DNA of 63,673 nt, counting the filler, from Octopus bimaculoides (taxonomy: Eukaryota): NCBI RefSeq assembly GCF_001194135.2. It is 6 parts of 5 records of this genome, joined end to end, with 100 filler letters (N's around TTAATTAATTAA, not from the genome) between each part and the next. Parts side by side here need not be neighbours in the genome. Positions count along the whole stretch, not along the records: positions 50,817 to 59,789 come from NC_068987.1; positions 59,890 to 62,352 come from NW_026390700.1; positions 62,453 to 63,673 come from NC_068990.1; 3 more parts are not named here. The stretch is one strand, 5' to 3'. The translations under genes were made by a program, and so were the position numbers. Positions 51,921 through 63,673 of the stretch are shown piece by piece. The notes beneath the pieces were generated by a model, which saw only the letters and a list, made by a program, of their open reading frames with translations, had not been told where the DNA came from and ran no database searches. Each line of letters starts with the position of its first letter. Positions within the stretch are counted from its first letter, which is position 1.

Positions 51921-54195
51921 TATATATGTATATATATGTGTGTGTGTGTGTGTGTGTTTACATTTATTTATCTATCTATTTATCTACACACACATACACA
52001 AATAACACAAATACATAAAACACATTATGATATGCACAAGCATACACTAAAAGTACACATCTTATCTGCAAACATATTGCAGTGTATACAACAGTTAATG
52101 ACATTTATCTGTAAAAATATTGACACAAATACATGTGTATTTACACATACAGGTGTAAAAGCAGTAAAAATGTTCACAACCACACACTACACACCTATTA
52201 ACACATACTCACAAATGTGTAGTTTTGCATTACACATTCACAAATATAGCTGAACAAACATCATCATCTGTACACCATTGTTGTTGTCACGACAACTATT
52301 GTTGTTGCTTTCACTGGTTGTCATAGTCACTCTAGTTGTTGTCTTTGTTAAAGTAATTATTATGACTATTATTGGCTGTTGTTATTATTATTTACCCTCA
52401 GGTTAATCCTGGTCAAACAGGCCTATGATTAAAGGAATTTGAGATATGACCAACCTCCACCCTTTCTTTTTACAGGTATTGTTATGATGAACCCTGTTAC
52501 CCAAATTGTTCTTTTTTACTTTACAAATGGCCAGGTGGGACTGGAGAGGAAATTAGCTGCTACTTTTAGCATCTTAAATGATTGCATAGAGGCTCCACCA
52601 TTTGCTCATTGCTATTATTGTTGTTATTGTGTGTGCTCATGCAACTGTTGCTGTTGTTGTTGTTGTCCACATTGTTATTGCTACTATTGTAGCTCTGTTG
52701 TCATCTGCAGTTAATACTGCATAGTACAGATGCACCGATAAAATGAATGCAATGCTGCAACACTACTGCATCCGATGTATGCAGCTTTTCAGTCTTCATA
52801 TAAACAACTTTTTCTTTGGGTACATCCTCTTGGTAATTGCCATATTAGCGTATATATAAGTGTATATGTATGAACAGGAGTGTTGGGTATGTGTATGTAT
52901 GTGTATGAGTTTGTGTGTATGTGTGTGTGTGTGTGTGTGCTTGCAGGTAAGTAGGTACATATATCTGTGTATTTGCATGGTTTTATGTATGTGGATAGGT
53001 TATTTAGTTCTAGCTCCTGTAGTGTTTTTAGCAATCACAGTTAGGGTCATGCTGGAGCACCGCCCACTTTGTATGTGTATGCACATATATGCTGACAAAT
53101 GTATATATTAGTACAATTATATACAGGTATGCAGAAAAATATCCATGTATGTATATGAGTGTGTGTGTGTATATATATATGCATGTATGTATGTATGTAT
53201 ATGCATGCATATATGTGTGTAGGTATGTGTAGGTATATATGTTTGTATGTGTAGCTATATATATGTATATGTATGTGTATCTATATATATGTATGTGTAG
53301 ATATATGTGTGTATGTATGAGTTGCAATTAGATGTGATTGTAGAAATATTGTGACTGTCCATCTAACCTGTCATCTATCTGTCTCCTTCCTTTCTTGACA
53401 CTCCCTTCTCTATTCCTCTCCTTTTCTATCTCCACCCCAACCCTCAATCTTTCTCCACAAAACTCTGCCACTCCCACCTGTCTCCCTCAATATGTCACAC
53501 CTCTCGGTCATTCCTCCCTCTCTTTGCAGCTCACTCCCTCTCTGTTACTCTCTCAATTCCTCTGTCACTTTGACTTCTAAAAGAGCGCTCTCTCTCTCTC
53601 TCTCTTTCTCTCTATCTATCTATTATCTCTCTCTCTCTTTCTCTCTCTATTACTCTCTCGTGTTCTCTGCCACTCCCACCCCTCATTTCTATATCAGCTT
53701 ATCACATCACATCAATTCTATACTTAATCAGCCCCTAATGGCTATTTCGCTTATGAAATGCAAATTCTATGAACCAAGATCTATCCAGACACAACATATG
53801 TTCATAAACACCACTACCAAATCCCACCGCTCTATCATTAACAAACTACCATCAGATCACCACCACCAGTCTAAATTCCATTGACATCATCATCACCAGC
53901 ACCAGCAGCAATATCATTATGGTCAACAGTTTCATGATAGTTACAGAAAAGAGAGAGAATTGATTAACAGAAGTTTGTAGAAAGACTGACAGATAAGCTG
54001 ATGGGTGGATGTACAGCTGGATGGATGGATGGATGGATTAGTAGATCGATGGATAGATAGACAGACAGACAGATTAATAGATAGACAGATAGCTGGGTTG
54101 ATAGATAACTGGACAGATGGATAGATAGCAAGATAAATTGATGGATGTATTATTTGTATACATATGTGTGTGTGTGGGGGGGAGGGGGTAGATAA

Positions 54196-54227
<32 letters not shown>

Positions 54228-54379
54228 GTTGACTGGTAGTGAGAGGAAGGGAGATGTGAATGAAATGGTCAATCCAGCTGATAAAACTAAAGATGTGAAA
54301 ATATTTTTCAAAAGCAAAACTTAAGAAAGCAACATTTCCTCAGGTTGTTGTTATAGTCCCCCCCCCACCACCACCACCA

Positions 54380-54419
<40 letters not shown>

Positions 54420-54489
54420 GTCATTGTTATTGTTGTTATTATCGTCTCTACTAGCATTATCATCAGCCTCTTCCTCAGCATTACGAACA

Positions 54490-55620
54490 ATTGGCATTAC
54501 AAGACATATTGCAAGGATACAACCAAATCTCTTGACAACAGCTTATTCTTCCTTCAGCTTAAAATGTGCATCATAGAGGGAGAAGAGAAGTTTGTAACTG
54601 TATGTAGCTAAAACTCTGCAGAACTGATATTTCCTTAGGATGTTCTGGTAAGGCTCAAAGACTCCAGTGGTCACATACAATGCAGGAGAAAATTAGTTTT
54701 GCAACAGAAGCACAAAGCAAATGAATTTCAGAGAACCAGAAAGTTCAAATGTGCTTTAATGCAACTATTACGTTTGGAGCTTTCACAATCGGCTTGATTG
54801 TTATACTGCATGAAATGGGTTGTGCTGATTTGCATGGTTCCTGTTTCAGAAATGGTGGGGAATTTGTTGAGGAGGAAAATTTTGGCAGCAGTATTGGGCA
54901 GATAAATGATTAATATCCTGTTAAATATTTTCTTAGTCAAGAGCCAGTCCTGCAGTCTTTCTTGTATAGAATGGAAATGAATGATAGAAGAATATGTAGA
55001 GTTTTCTCTCTTGTATTAGTGCTCTTTGCATCCTTCAGAATGATTGTAAACAAGGTTAGTACATTTTTTGTGATAACATGTATATCAGGGCTTGCTGTCT
55101 GATACTGTCCTAAGCAGTAATGTGTCATACGAAACCGTAAGAGTAATATTATTCTGCATGCATTAAAGATAAACAATTTTAAAAAAAATCTGTTAAGCAT
55201 TGCAGGTGAGGAGTTAGGTAATGCCAATGAATGAAAACAAAGCAAAAATAATTTTGTATAACATTGTGTCTATGTTGTTTAAAAGACATATAATACTTTG
55301 GAAAAATTCTTAATTTCAAATAGAAGGAAACTAATAATCAAAGTGTTTGGAGAACAATGTTGAGCTTTTCTATCACTTCCCTCTCAGCACATCCCATCAA
55401 TTTTATATTCCATCAGTCCTGAGTGGCTATTAGTTATTTGCTTAAGAAGCATAAATTCTATTGAAATAGAATAGTCTTAAATTTAATAAGACTTAATGGG
55501 AAGTTGACAAAGGTACTTTAAGGGAGTTTCTATAAACAATATGAAGAGCCATATTCAAGGGTTTATGCGAAGAAGTTTATTCAAAAAGATAAAAACAGTT
55601 ACATAGAAAGTTCTTGATGT
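54490..55620 (+). mobile_element. Very old CR1-like RT/3' relic
   Basis: Faint KSLDNSLFFLQLKMCIIEG (about 54520-54580) and a DKGT...DEP-like tail near 55500-55560; heavily frameshifted. Confidence 0.35.
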
Positions 55621-56932
55621 CACAGGTGTACCAAGCACTGTTATCAGTAGCATAATGAAGGTAAAAGTGAAATGTCTATTTTGTAATTAAGCCATATTGT
55701 TATTAGTGTTCTACATTGGTATTTTTATATCATGCTACACAACCTTATCAAAAGTTGTTCAATGCTGCATGAAACTACTTCATTTTCCCCTATCTGCTTA
55801 TTAGGGATCACACACTTGTAATGGGCATAGCATTCATTTTACAGAAAATACACACAAGATTTCAGTTAAACTTATGACTTCACTTAAGCACTTAAGAGTC
55901 ATGTGTGTATGTATGTGTGTGTGTATGTATGTGTGTGTGTATGTGTGCATGTGTATGTGTGTGTGTGTGTATGTGTGTGTTAGCGTGTGTATGTGTCTGT
56001 GATAGTTTGTACTTGTGTCTGTATTTGTATATGTGTGTCTGTGTGCTTGTGTATGTATACCTGTGTGTATGTGTATGTGTGTGTGTATACATGTGTTTTT
56101 ATATAATTGTGCATGTGTGTGTATTTGGGTATGTGCACATATGTGAGTGTATTATGCATGTGTACTTGTGTATGTGTGTGCCCATACATGTCTGTGTGTA
56201 TGCATATGTGAATGTTTGTGTGTTCATGTATATGATAAGTGTTTAATTGTAGCCATGAATGGATCTGTCCGGCTCTTATTCACTGGATTGGGATTTTACC
56301 TTAAGATGGTTTCTTTGCAATATTCTGGCACAGGGTTATCTTTGAATCCACATCCTATCAGCTCCAGTTATCGTTATTACTTATCTCCCATTATCTCCCA
56401 GTCAGCCCTGCCCCAGCTAATAGATGATTACAAGCATCCAACATTCATCACCCCAACTTTTTATATCTCTGTGGACCGTTTGGTTACATGTATCCTTCTT
56501 TACTAAAGACAATTGTGTGTGAGTTGAGAGAGATTTGGATGCGGTTTCTAGCATGTGAGATGACTGCATGGAGGTTCCTTCATTAGCTCAGGAGCAAGGA
56601 TATAGTTCTAGAGATTTGAAAATTTGAGGATGAAAGTCCGGGTGAAATGTGGAGGATTAGGGGAGAGTGATACTAAATAAGGTCCACAAAAGGAAGAGGA
56701 ATAACTGTAGTAAATGAGTTTAGAATGGAGAAGTACCCATTTTTTACTTGTTCATAGGAGCATAGACTGTTATAGTAGCAATAGAAGAAAAAAAAGAGGA
56801 TATTGTGTATAGACAGACTAGGAGTTGGGGTGAGCAGTTGAATGATATGAAATTAGTGGGGGTTTTTTTTCCATGGATTTAGCAATAAAATTTATAAAAC
56901 AAATGAAACAAAGATGAAATGGTGATACTTAC

Positions 56933-57079
56933 CGTTTCAGCTGTTATCCACTGAAAGACCAATGGTAAAATGAAGAAAGAGTGACCAAGCCAATGGCATC
57001 AGAGCAAATGCTCTGGCCAGCAGCTAGCTAGATAAAGGTCGCAGCATTGAGAATGGTAACTGCCAACTCTTAGAAATAT
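56933..57079 (-). other. Candidate spliced exon, 147 nt, probably non-coding
   Basis: Minus-strand acceptor ttttcttccctctttttttttctag| and donor ACG|gtaagt; unique sequence; all three frames contain stops. Confidence 0.6.
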
Positions 57080-57444
57080 CTAGAAAAAAAAGAGGGAAGA
57101 AAATTTTAGAAAATATTAAAAATTTTGGTAAGAAAAATGAACTACTTTGTTTCCAAATACAAAGAAGCATTTTTTCTTTTCTTTTTTTCATAAAATGAGG
57201 ATGAAGTCAATCCCACTAAGTTTTGAACTTAGAATGAGAAGAAACATAAAAAGAACACTGCAAAGTATTTAATCCTATCGAATTTCTACCAAACTATTAG
57301 ACCAAAATATTACATCATTTTATGGTTTAGTGATGGAGCTGTTAGTTTTATTGTCTCTCTCTCTCCACAGAAGGACAAATGTCTGAAATGTTAAAACTTC
57401 TTTTTTTTAAAGCATAAAAAATACTCCATTGTCTGAAATATTCA

Positions 57445-57613
57445 TATCATAGGCATCAGCTTTGCTATATGGTTAAGTTTTTTTTTTTTCTAACCATATG
57501 ATTTTGAGTTCAATCTCATAGCATAGCACCTTGGGCAAATGTGTTCTACTATAGTTCTGGACCAACCAAACCCTTGTGAATGGATTTAATTGATGGAAAG
57601 TGAAAGAAACCTA

Positions 57614-57655
<42 letters not shown>

Positions 57656-57870
57656 CCTTGTCATGACATCACACGGTAGTTGTAAACATGAATCACCATC
57701 ATGCAAACAATGTTGTTCATTGCCAATCCTCTGTAAAAGCATGATCACCAATGAGGAAATATTACCTGACTTAGAAACAAGTGAGGGCTGGCAATGGAAA
57801 GAGCAACCAATTGTAGAAAATCTACCTCAACAAATCCTGTCTGACCTGTGTGAGCATGAAAAAGTGAATA
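57445..57870 (+). mobile_element. SINE family A, RTE-type tail
   Basis: Head/core, (TG)n and tail matching 1498-1920 and 2260-2730. Confidence 0.8.
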
Positions 57871-58005
57871 TTAAAATGATGATGATGATGTTTTCTGATG
57901 CAGAACATCAATTTCTTTGGATTCTACTGTTATATTACCAAATCAAGAATCTTACAATATTCAGACACATTCATTTGCAATCTTTGACAGAATTTCATCT
58001 GATTC

Positions 58006-58234
58006 TTTAATTCTTTAGAATTTAAACTGACCATATCAAATCCAAATATTGTGCTTTGTTTTATGTTCAAACTGTGCAGATTCAGCTGCTCACACCTATC
58101 TTACAATGATATTTTAAAAATAAACTATCACTTCATCAAAATCTTGAAGCTATGAGACAATGCCTAATTAATTCAAAAGAATATGAACCAGAAAACATCA
58201 CACTTGACAGAATAATCGAAATGTTAAAGGGTTG
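58006..58234 (+). mobile_element. piggyBac-like MITE (copy 1)
   Basis: ttaattctttagaa...atgttaaagggttga; aligns with 59182-59397. Confidence 0.6.
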
Positions 58235-59181
58235 AGGTAGATACCAGTCATATAAGGTGATCCTTTCTTGATTGTAAGTTTCCACAGCAAAAATGCATTC
58301 TTGTATCAATGTAAAGAATCTGGCTCAGTTCTTAACAAAGACTGACTGTATTTAGCATATGCAAAGAATTACAGGGAATACAGTGGTGAAGCATAAGCAC
58401 TAAATTTGGAAGACATTATGTGGTAGGAATGGTGAAGTGTGATGAGTACGTGTTGTTAATCTGCATCAGATGTTGAGCCCATGGGATCTGAGACAGCAGC
58501 TTCATATCAAAGGTATAGTCTGAAGAGTGCAGAAAAGATGACTGTGCTGATATTGGACATGTGTGTGTGTGTGTGTGTGTGTGTGTTTCATGAAAAGCTT
58601 TGTCAGGATAGGAAGGGCTACATGATCTTCTCCAGGGCTCCAAGATTGACAGGAAGAAGTTATCTTTAGACCAGAGACCTGGAATAAATGTTTGCAACAG
58701 TGGAGACCCTGCTACAGGCTTCTATGGACTAAGTAGGAGTGTTAATCTGGGTAGTGGACAGATTAAGCTTAACATCAAAACCAGGATATACATATATATA
58801 TCCATATAAACCTAGGACATCACTTTATTTCATAAAATGATTCTGAGATAAACTAAGTACTCAATTCTTTCTCAAATGTTACTCCCTATTCTTCCCCCAC
58901 CAAACAACACCTTATCCTGCCTCCAAGTTATCCCTTGTTTGTCCCAACTACTTGCTATTCTTTCCCAATAAATACTCCCTATTCTTCACTAATAATAATG
59001 ACTACTCCCTATTCTTCTCTAACAACGCCTCCTTTATCCTCTCCCAGACATTCAACAAAATGCCAGTGCTGAACTCAAACTCAAGACCTATGAGCTGCTG
59101 GTCTACTTGGAAACTGTGGCTTCATGTTTCACGCTATGAATGTGAATGCTCTCATCACTGACCAGGAACACAAAAACACAA

Positions 59182-59397
59182 TTAACTCTTTAGCGTTTAA
59201 ACTGTCCATATCCGGCCCAAAATATTCTACCTGTTTTATGTTAACAACCTTTTACACTTACTCAACAAAATCATTCTAAAAACATACAAACATAGCATTG
59301 AAATCTTGAAGCTACAAGATAATGCATGGTTAGTTCAAAACAAGGTGAATAAAGAAGCAATACATTTGACAGAGAAATCTGAATGCTAAAGGGTAAA
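59182..59397 (+). mobile_element. piggyBac-like MITE (copy 2)
   Basis: TTAActctttagc...gctaaagggTAAA: inverted termini with TTAA-like TSDs. Confidence 0.7.
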
Positions 59398-59789
59398 ACG
59401 AACCTTTGAGAATATAAGAGTGATGTACTACATGTTGTACAGAAACGAAATTAATCAATTTCCCATCTAGTTGGAAAAAGAAAACAAAATCCTAGCATTA
59501 ATTATTGACATTTTCAAAGGAAAGGTAGACGATTTCATGAAAATTACTAATCTTATAAAATTAGGAAAAGGAAAATCTAATTTTTCAGGTTAGAGAATAT
59601 ACTTTAATTGCCTATTTACTTGGTTATGTCATTTTCAATCCTTATCTATATTTCACCAGTTATGTGATCCATGCTTTTTATATACTCCGCGTGCGCACAC
59701 ACACACGCACACACACACACACCCACACACACACACACACACACCCACACACACACCCACATACCACACACACATAAACTCTCTCTCTC

Positions 59790-59889
59790 NNNNNNNNNNN
59801 NNNNNNNNNNNNNNNNNNNNNNNNNNNNNNNNNTTAATTAATTAANNNNNNNNNNNNNNNNNNNNNNNNNNNNNNNNNNNNNNNNNNNN
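59790..59889. other. Artificial 100-bp join spacer
   Basis: N44-TTAATTAATTAA-N44. Confidence 0.95.
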
Positions 59890-60180
59890 GCAAAAGCGAA
59901 ATCGGGATAGCACCTGTGCCCAGCGTCGCCTTTCTGGCACTTGTGCCCGTGACATGTCTCCTTCATTGGACACGAAACTCAGCTTGCGAAGACTTAATGG
60001 GGCAAGTGAAAGCGAAATCGGGATGGCACCTGTGCCCAGCGTCGCCTTTCTGGCACTTGTGCCCATGACATGTGTAAGGATTTTCGAGCGAGATTGTTCC
60101 CAGTGCCCCTTGACTGGCTCTTGTGCGGGTGGCACATAAAATACACCATTTTGAGCGTGGCCGTTGCCAGTACCACCTGA
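59890..60180 (+). mobile_element. RTE 3' UTR fragment with a 116-bp tandem duplication
   Basis: gcgaaatcggga at 59896 and 60012; 60110-60170 is the reverse complement of the RTE UTR at 7165-7217. Confidence 0.75.
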
Positions 60181-61190
60181 CAAAATACAGGTAGACACTA
60201 GTTGGTTATATGAAATTCACCAGTTGAGCAGTTTTAAATAACTAATAAGGACTGCCTTGAATTTTCTTCTCTTCTCTTTCCACATATGAAATCTTTAGGT
60301 ACCAACCTATTTATGGTGGGCTACTATAGACTATATTCCAGTTTTCTGCTTAAGTATATAACTTATTTATAAATAACTGCCTGTCCATTGTTTATTCTAT
60401 CTATCTATGGTATTCTATAATTTCAGTAATGATAGAGAGATAGATATATGGACATAAATGACAACAGACTAATGGATAGGGAGTTTGACAGGCTGATAGT
60501 TAATAGATAGATATAAGTTGATAGGTAAGTAGATATACATATTGATGGATAAATATCTGGACAAATTGATAGATTAGATATATGTATTGATGGATAAATA
60601 TCTCAACCGATAAATAGATGGATAGATAGATCTATCTATTAATGCAACCATCATAAGAATAAAGATGTTCATATGTATATATTGGATGTATGTATGTAAG
60701 AATATCTACCATCACTACTGACATTATTCTTACCACCAGCACTTTTTGCTCGATTGTATACATAGATATTTATATATATTTTCATATTTGTGGAAACTGG
60801 TGGATCTGTGATTTTTGCCTATGCTGTCGCTAAGGGCAATTTTATTGATCTTTCTTGCCCTCATATCCTGGATACAGAAAACTTGCCATTGTCACCGTTA
60901 ACAGCAGCACCAGCAACATTACTACCACCATCTTATGTCCTTTACATTATTACTAATATCACCAGTATTGATGAAGTCTACATCTACATTATCTGCAGCA
61001 TCATCTCTCTCACCATGACTACCATTAACAGCAGCAATTGATCATCATTTTTGCTACTGCTAACACTATCAACTATAATACCACCATCATTGTCATAAAC
61101 ACCACTGTTACCATCATCATTACAACTATCATTACCACCACCACCACCAAATAATTCCTTATTTCAAACTCAAATATTTACCTCTATTTA

Positions 61191-61240
61191 ACCATCTCTG
61201 ATGAAGGGATATCCATAATATCCCAGAAACAGCTGTAAGA
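61191..61240 (+). ncRNA. Minimal type I hammerhead ribozyme motif (PLE-type)
   Basis: tct-CTGATGA(61198-61204)-a-GGGATAT/ccata/ATATCCC-a-GAAAC-AGCT-GTA(61235-61237)-aga. Stem I TCT/AGA, 7-bp stem II, palindromic stem III ACAGCTGT. Confidence 0.75.
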
Positions 61241-61499
61241 CTATATCTATATCTTTTACCTTATAAATGTCCTGAAAACTCCTCACATCCTTGGCTTTGT
61301 TATATCATTTTGTCTAATAAACACACACACACACACGCATACATACATACATGTCTTTGTATATATTCATGCATGTATATTATACACACACAATTCTCAT
61401 AGCTAAGTCTGTAGTGAAATTAGAGAAATTCCAGACATGGAAGCAAAGTCTAAAACAGAGTCCTCAAAGTAAATTTAGTAAAGGGTAAATAGAAAAGCA

Positions 61500-61800
61500 G
61501 AGACAGCACTCTGCTATGGTCTGGGAAATACCCTTGCATGATATACATAAAAATGAGCTGGTAGAAATTCCATACTGTGTATCCGGTGTAAATTATGGGC
61601 ACACAAGAGGTGCAGAGGATTGATGAGTAGACAAAAAATGTGGTAGATGCACTGCGACAATATACAATAAGAGGACATGGAAAATAATTTTACTCCAATG
61701 CCTAGAAGGCTCTCTAGAAGTTGTGCACTACTCGTGTACTTATAGTGTATGAGCTGTAATGCTGTAAGGTAGTGAGATATGGATCCCAATAAATGAGTAA
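61500..61800 (+). mobile_element. Old RTE-clade LINE relic
   Basis: GRNSILCIRCKLWAHKRCRG, homologous to 7950-8060. Confidence 0.6.
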
Positions 61801-62061
61801 GAATGAAGATAGTGTAGAAGCCTATTGTATTATGTATGTGTATGTACATGTAACAAATAGGTTAATTGGGTTAATTACAGGCCAATGTAGATGAGAATAA
61901 ATAACAAAATGACACCCATTCATCAAAACTGTCTTCTTACAAATTCTCATCTTTGACACAAAAGTTGTCTTCATTCTTATTCACACACACACATATATAT
62001 ATAATATATATACACACACATACATAGATATACACACACACACACATATATATATGCATGT

Positions 62062-62215
62062 CATCATTATCATTTAATGTCTAATTTCGATGCTGGCACG
62101 AGTTGGATGGTTTGACAGGAGCTGGCTAGGCAGAAGATTGTATCAAGCTTCAGTGTCTGTTTTGGCAAAGTTTTATGGCTGGATGCCCTTTCTAACACCA
62201 ACCACTCCACAGAAT
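62062..62215 (-). mobile_element. RTE 3' tail fragment
   Basis: catcattatcatttaatgtc...ggctggatgccctttctaacaccaaccactcc. Confidence 0.75.
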
Positions 62216-62254
62216 GGTGTGTGTGTGTATATATACATATATAAAATGTGTGTT

Positions 62255-62310
<56 letters not shown>

Positions 62311-62352
62311 ATATATATATATTACTCTTTTACTCTTTTTTACTCTTTTACT

Positions 62353-62452
62353 NNNNNNNNNNNNNNNNNNNNNNNNNNNNNNNNNNNNNNNNNNNNTTAA
62401 TTAATTAANNNNNNNNNNNNNNNNNNNNNNNNNNNNNNNNNNNNNNNNNNNN
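62353..62452. other. Artificial 100-bp join spacer
   Basis: N44-TTAATTAATTAA-N44. Confidence 0.95.
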
Positions 62453-62580
62453 TATATATATATATATAATGCCCTTATATATATTATATTATCTCTAGAA
62501 AATTTAGCAAGTAATCACGAATACATATACAATTGCCATTGGTAAGTTATACATTCACACGGCCTGTTTCTTTCTGTATA

Positions 62581-62619
62581 TCCTTTCTATCGAAGAGCGT
62601 AGGCACCAAACGTAAAGGA
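62581..62619 (+). ncRNA. Degenerate minimal hammerhead motif in a PLE pseudo-LTR-like relic (about 62460-62705)
   Basis: tccttt-CTATCGA-agagc gtag gcac-CAAAC-GTA-aagga; stem I tcctt/aagga intact, core boxes mutated. Confidence 0.5.
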
Positions 62620-62705
62620 CGTTCTCACTTCCCGAACGTTAAACTATTACATCTGTTTGTTGCTTACACACTCGTCTTCAGTTTTGCGTTTTTGTAAATT
62701 CTCAC

Positions 62706-62738
<33 letters not shown>

Positions 62739-63209
62739 TTGTGCATTCTTAAATATTGAGTAACGAAGCTATTAAAGTAAGCCTTAAAACGATATATATT
62801 ACTTCAACTTATATACATGAAAGGATTTCCATGTAAACTTCATTTCTCTTTTTTTACTTGCTCAGTTAATTTGTGTCTTTCAAGTTTGAAAGAATTGATG
62901 TTCACGTTTGATAATTAAATTTGTTAATCAAAAGACTTACAATGTCTGTTTACGAAGTGAAACTTCCTCAGGGATTTTTAGTCTACTGAATTGAAACAGA
63001 ATTATGTCTGCTCGTTCAGAAGCTAGTTAAAATTTCTAATCTTACTTTAATTCAGCTATTGAGCTGACGCCTAGCTGTTTCAACTACATGGTTAACGCCA
63101 TTCTCCTAATACAGCATTCGTACAAAGATAGTAAGTATTCCTGTATATACAAACATGCATACACAACGCAATGATAGGCAAACATGTCTTATGCGTGCAT
63201 GTATGCATG

Positions 63210-63243
<34 letters not shown>

Positions 63244-63673
63244 TGTATGTATGAATGTATGTATGTATCTATCTATATATCTATCTATCTATGTATCTAT
63301 CTATCTGCTTATCTATACTGGTTGTCACAAAAGTATTAAAAGACATACATACATTCTTTGATAATAATAAAAATATGTTAAAAACAGTTTAAGTGTTAAA
63401 ATCTATATATGCATTCTTTAATAATGATAAGAACATGTTTAAAACAGTTTAAATGAGAGCATTCAGCAAAACGTGTTTGGTATTATATATATACCCAGCA
63501 GGAGATATATTTAAGAATTTTGTAGTAAAGAAAGCTTATACAAAGCTTTATATTTTACTTTTGACCATCCTTTTCTAAATAAGTGAAACCGGTCAAGTGA
63601 ATAAACATCTTTAAAATTGCATTTTCAAACCTTTTATATATAACTTTACTCTGTTATATATATATATATATAT

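Noticed and set aside
56933-57079. Selenocysteine reading of the single in-frame TGA
   Set aside because: No recognisable selenoprotein motif and no SECIS identified.
58250-58700. Possible ancient L2/CR1 RT relic on the minus strand
   Set aside because: Only faint motif resemblance; not supportable by eye.
63318-63460. Tc1-like MITE start with a 60-bp tandem repeat (63352 and 63412)
   Set aside because: The repeat is real, but no matching second TIR is visible in the window.

Overview
AT-rich, microsatellite-dense animal genomic DNA. From memory the SINE/LINE families look like octopod cephalopod repeats; I could not verify this. No intact host protein-coding gene is supported, and almost all long ORFs in the track are microsatellite or N-gap artefacts. 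The window is not one contiguous locus: five identical 100-bp spacers (N44-TTAATTAATTAA-N44) split it into six segments, and CpG retention changes at some of these joins. Content: many tRNA-derived SINEs, RTE, CR1 and R4/Dong LINE relics, Penelope-like element (PLE) relics, hAT, mariner and pogo relics, piggyBac-like MITEs and Gypsy gag/protease relics. Best leads: (1) a composite at 8.75-11.58 kb, where a Gag/ORF1-only LINE-like element with a polyA signal and no ORF2 sits among direct and inverted copies of a long arm, one carrying a nested MITE with telomere-like repeats; (2) a near-intact minimal type I hammerhead ribozyme at 61191-61240, plus several decayed ones; (3) a Gypsy gag-protease joined to a decayed coiled-coil ORF inside a 256-bp repeat array; (4) a strong orphan, apparently non-coding, minus-strand exon at 56933-57079.
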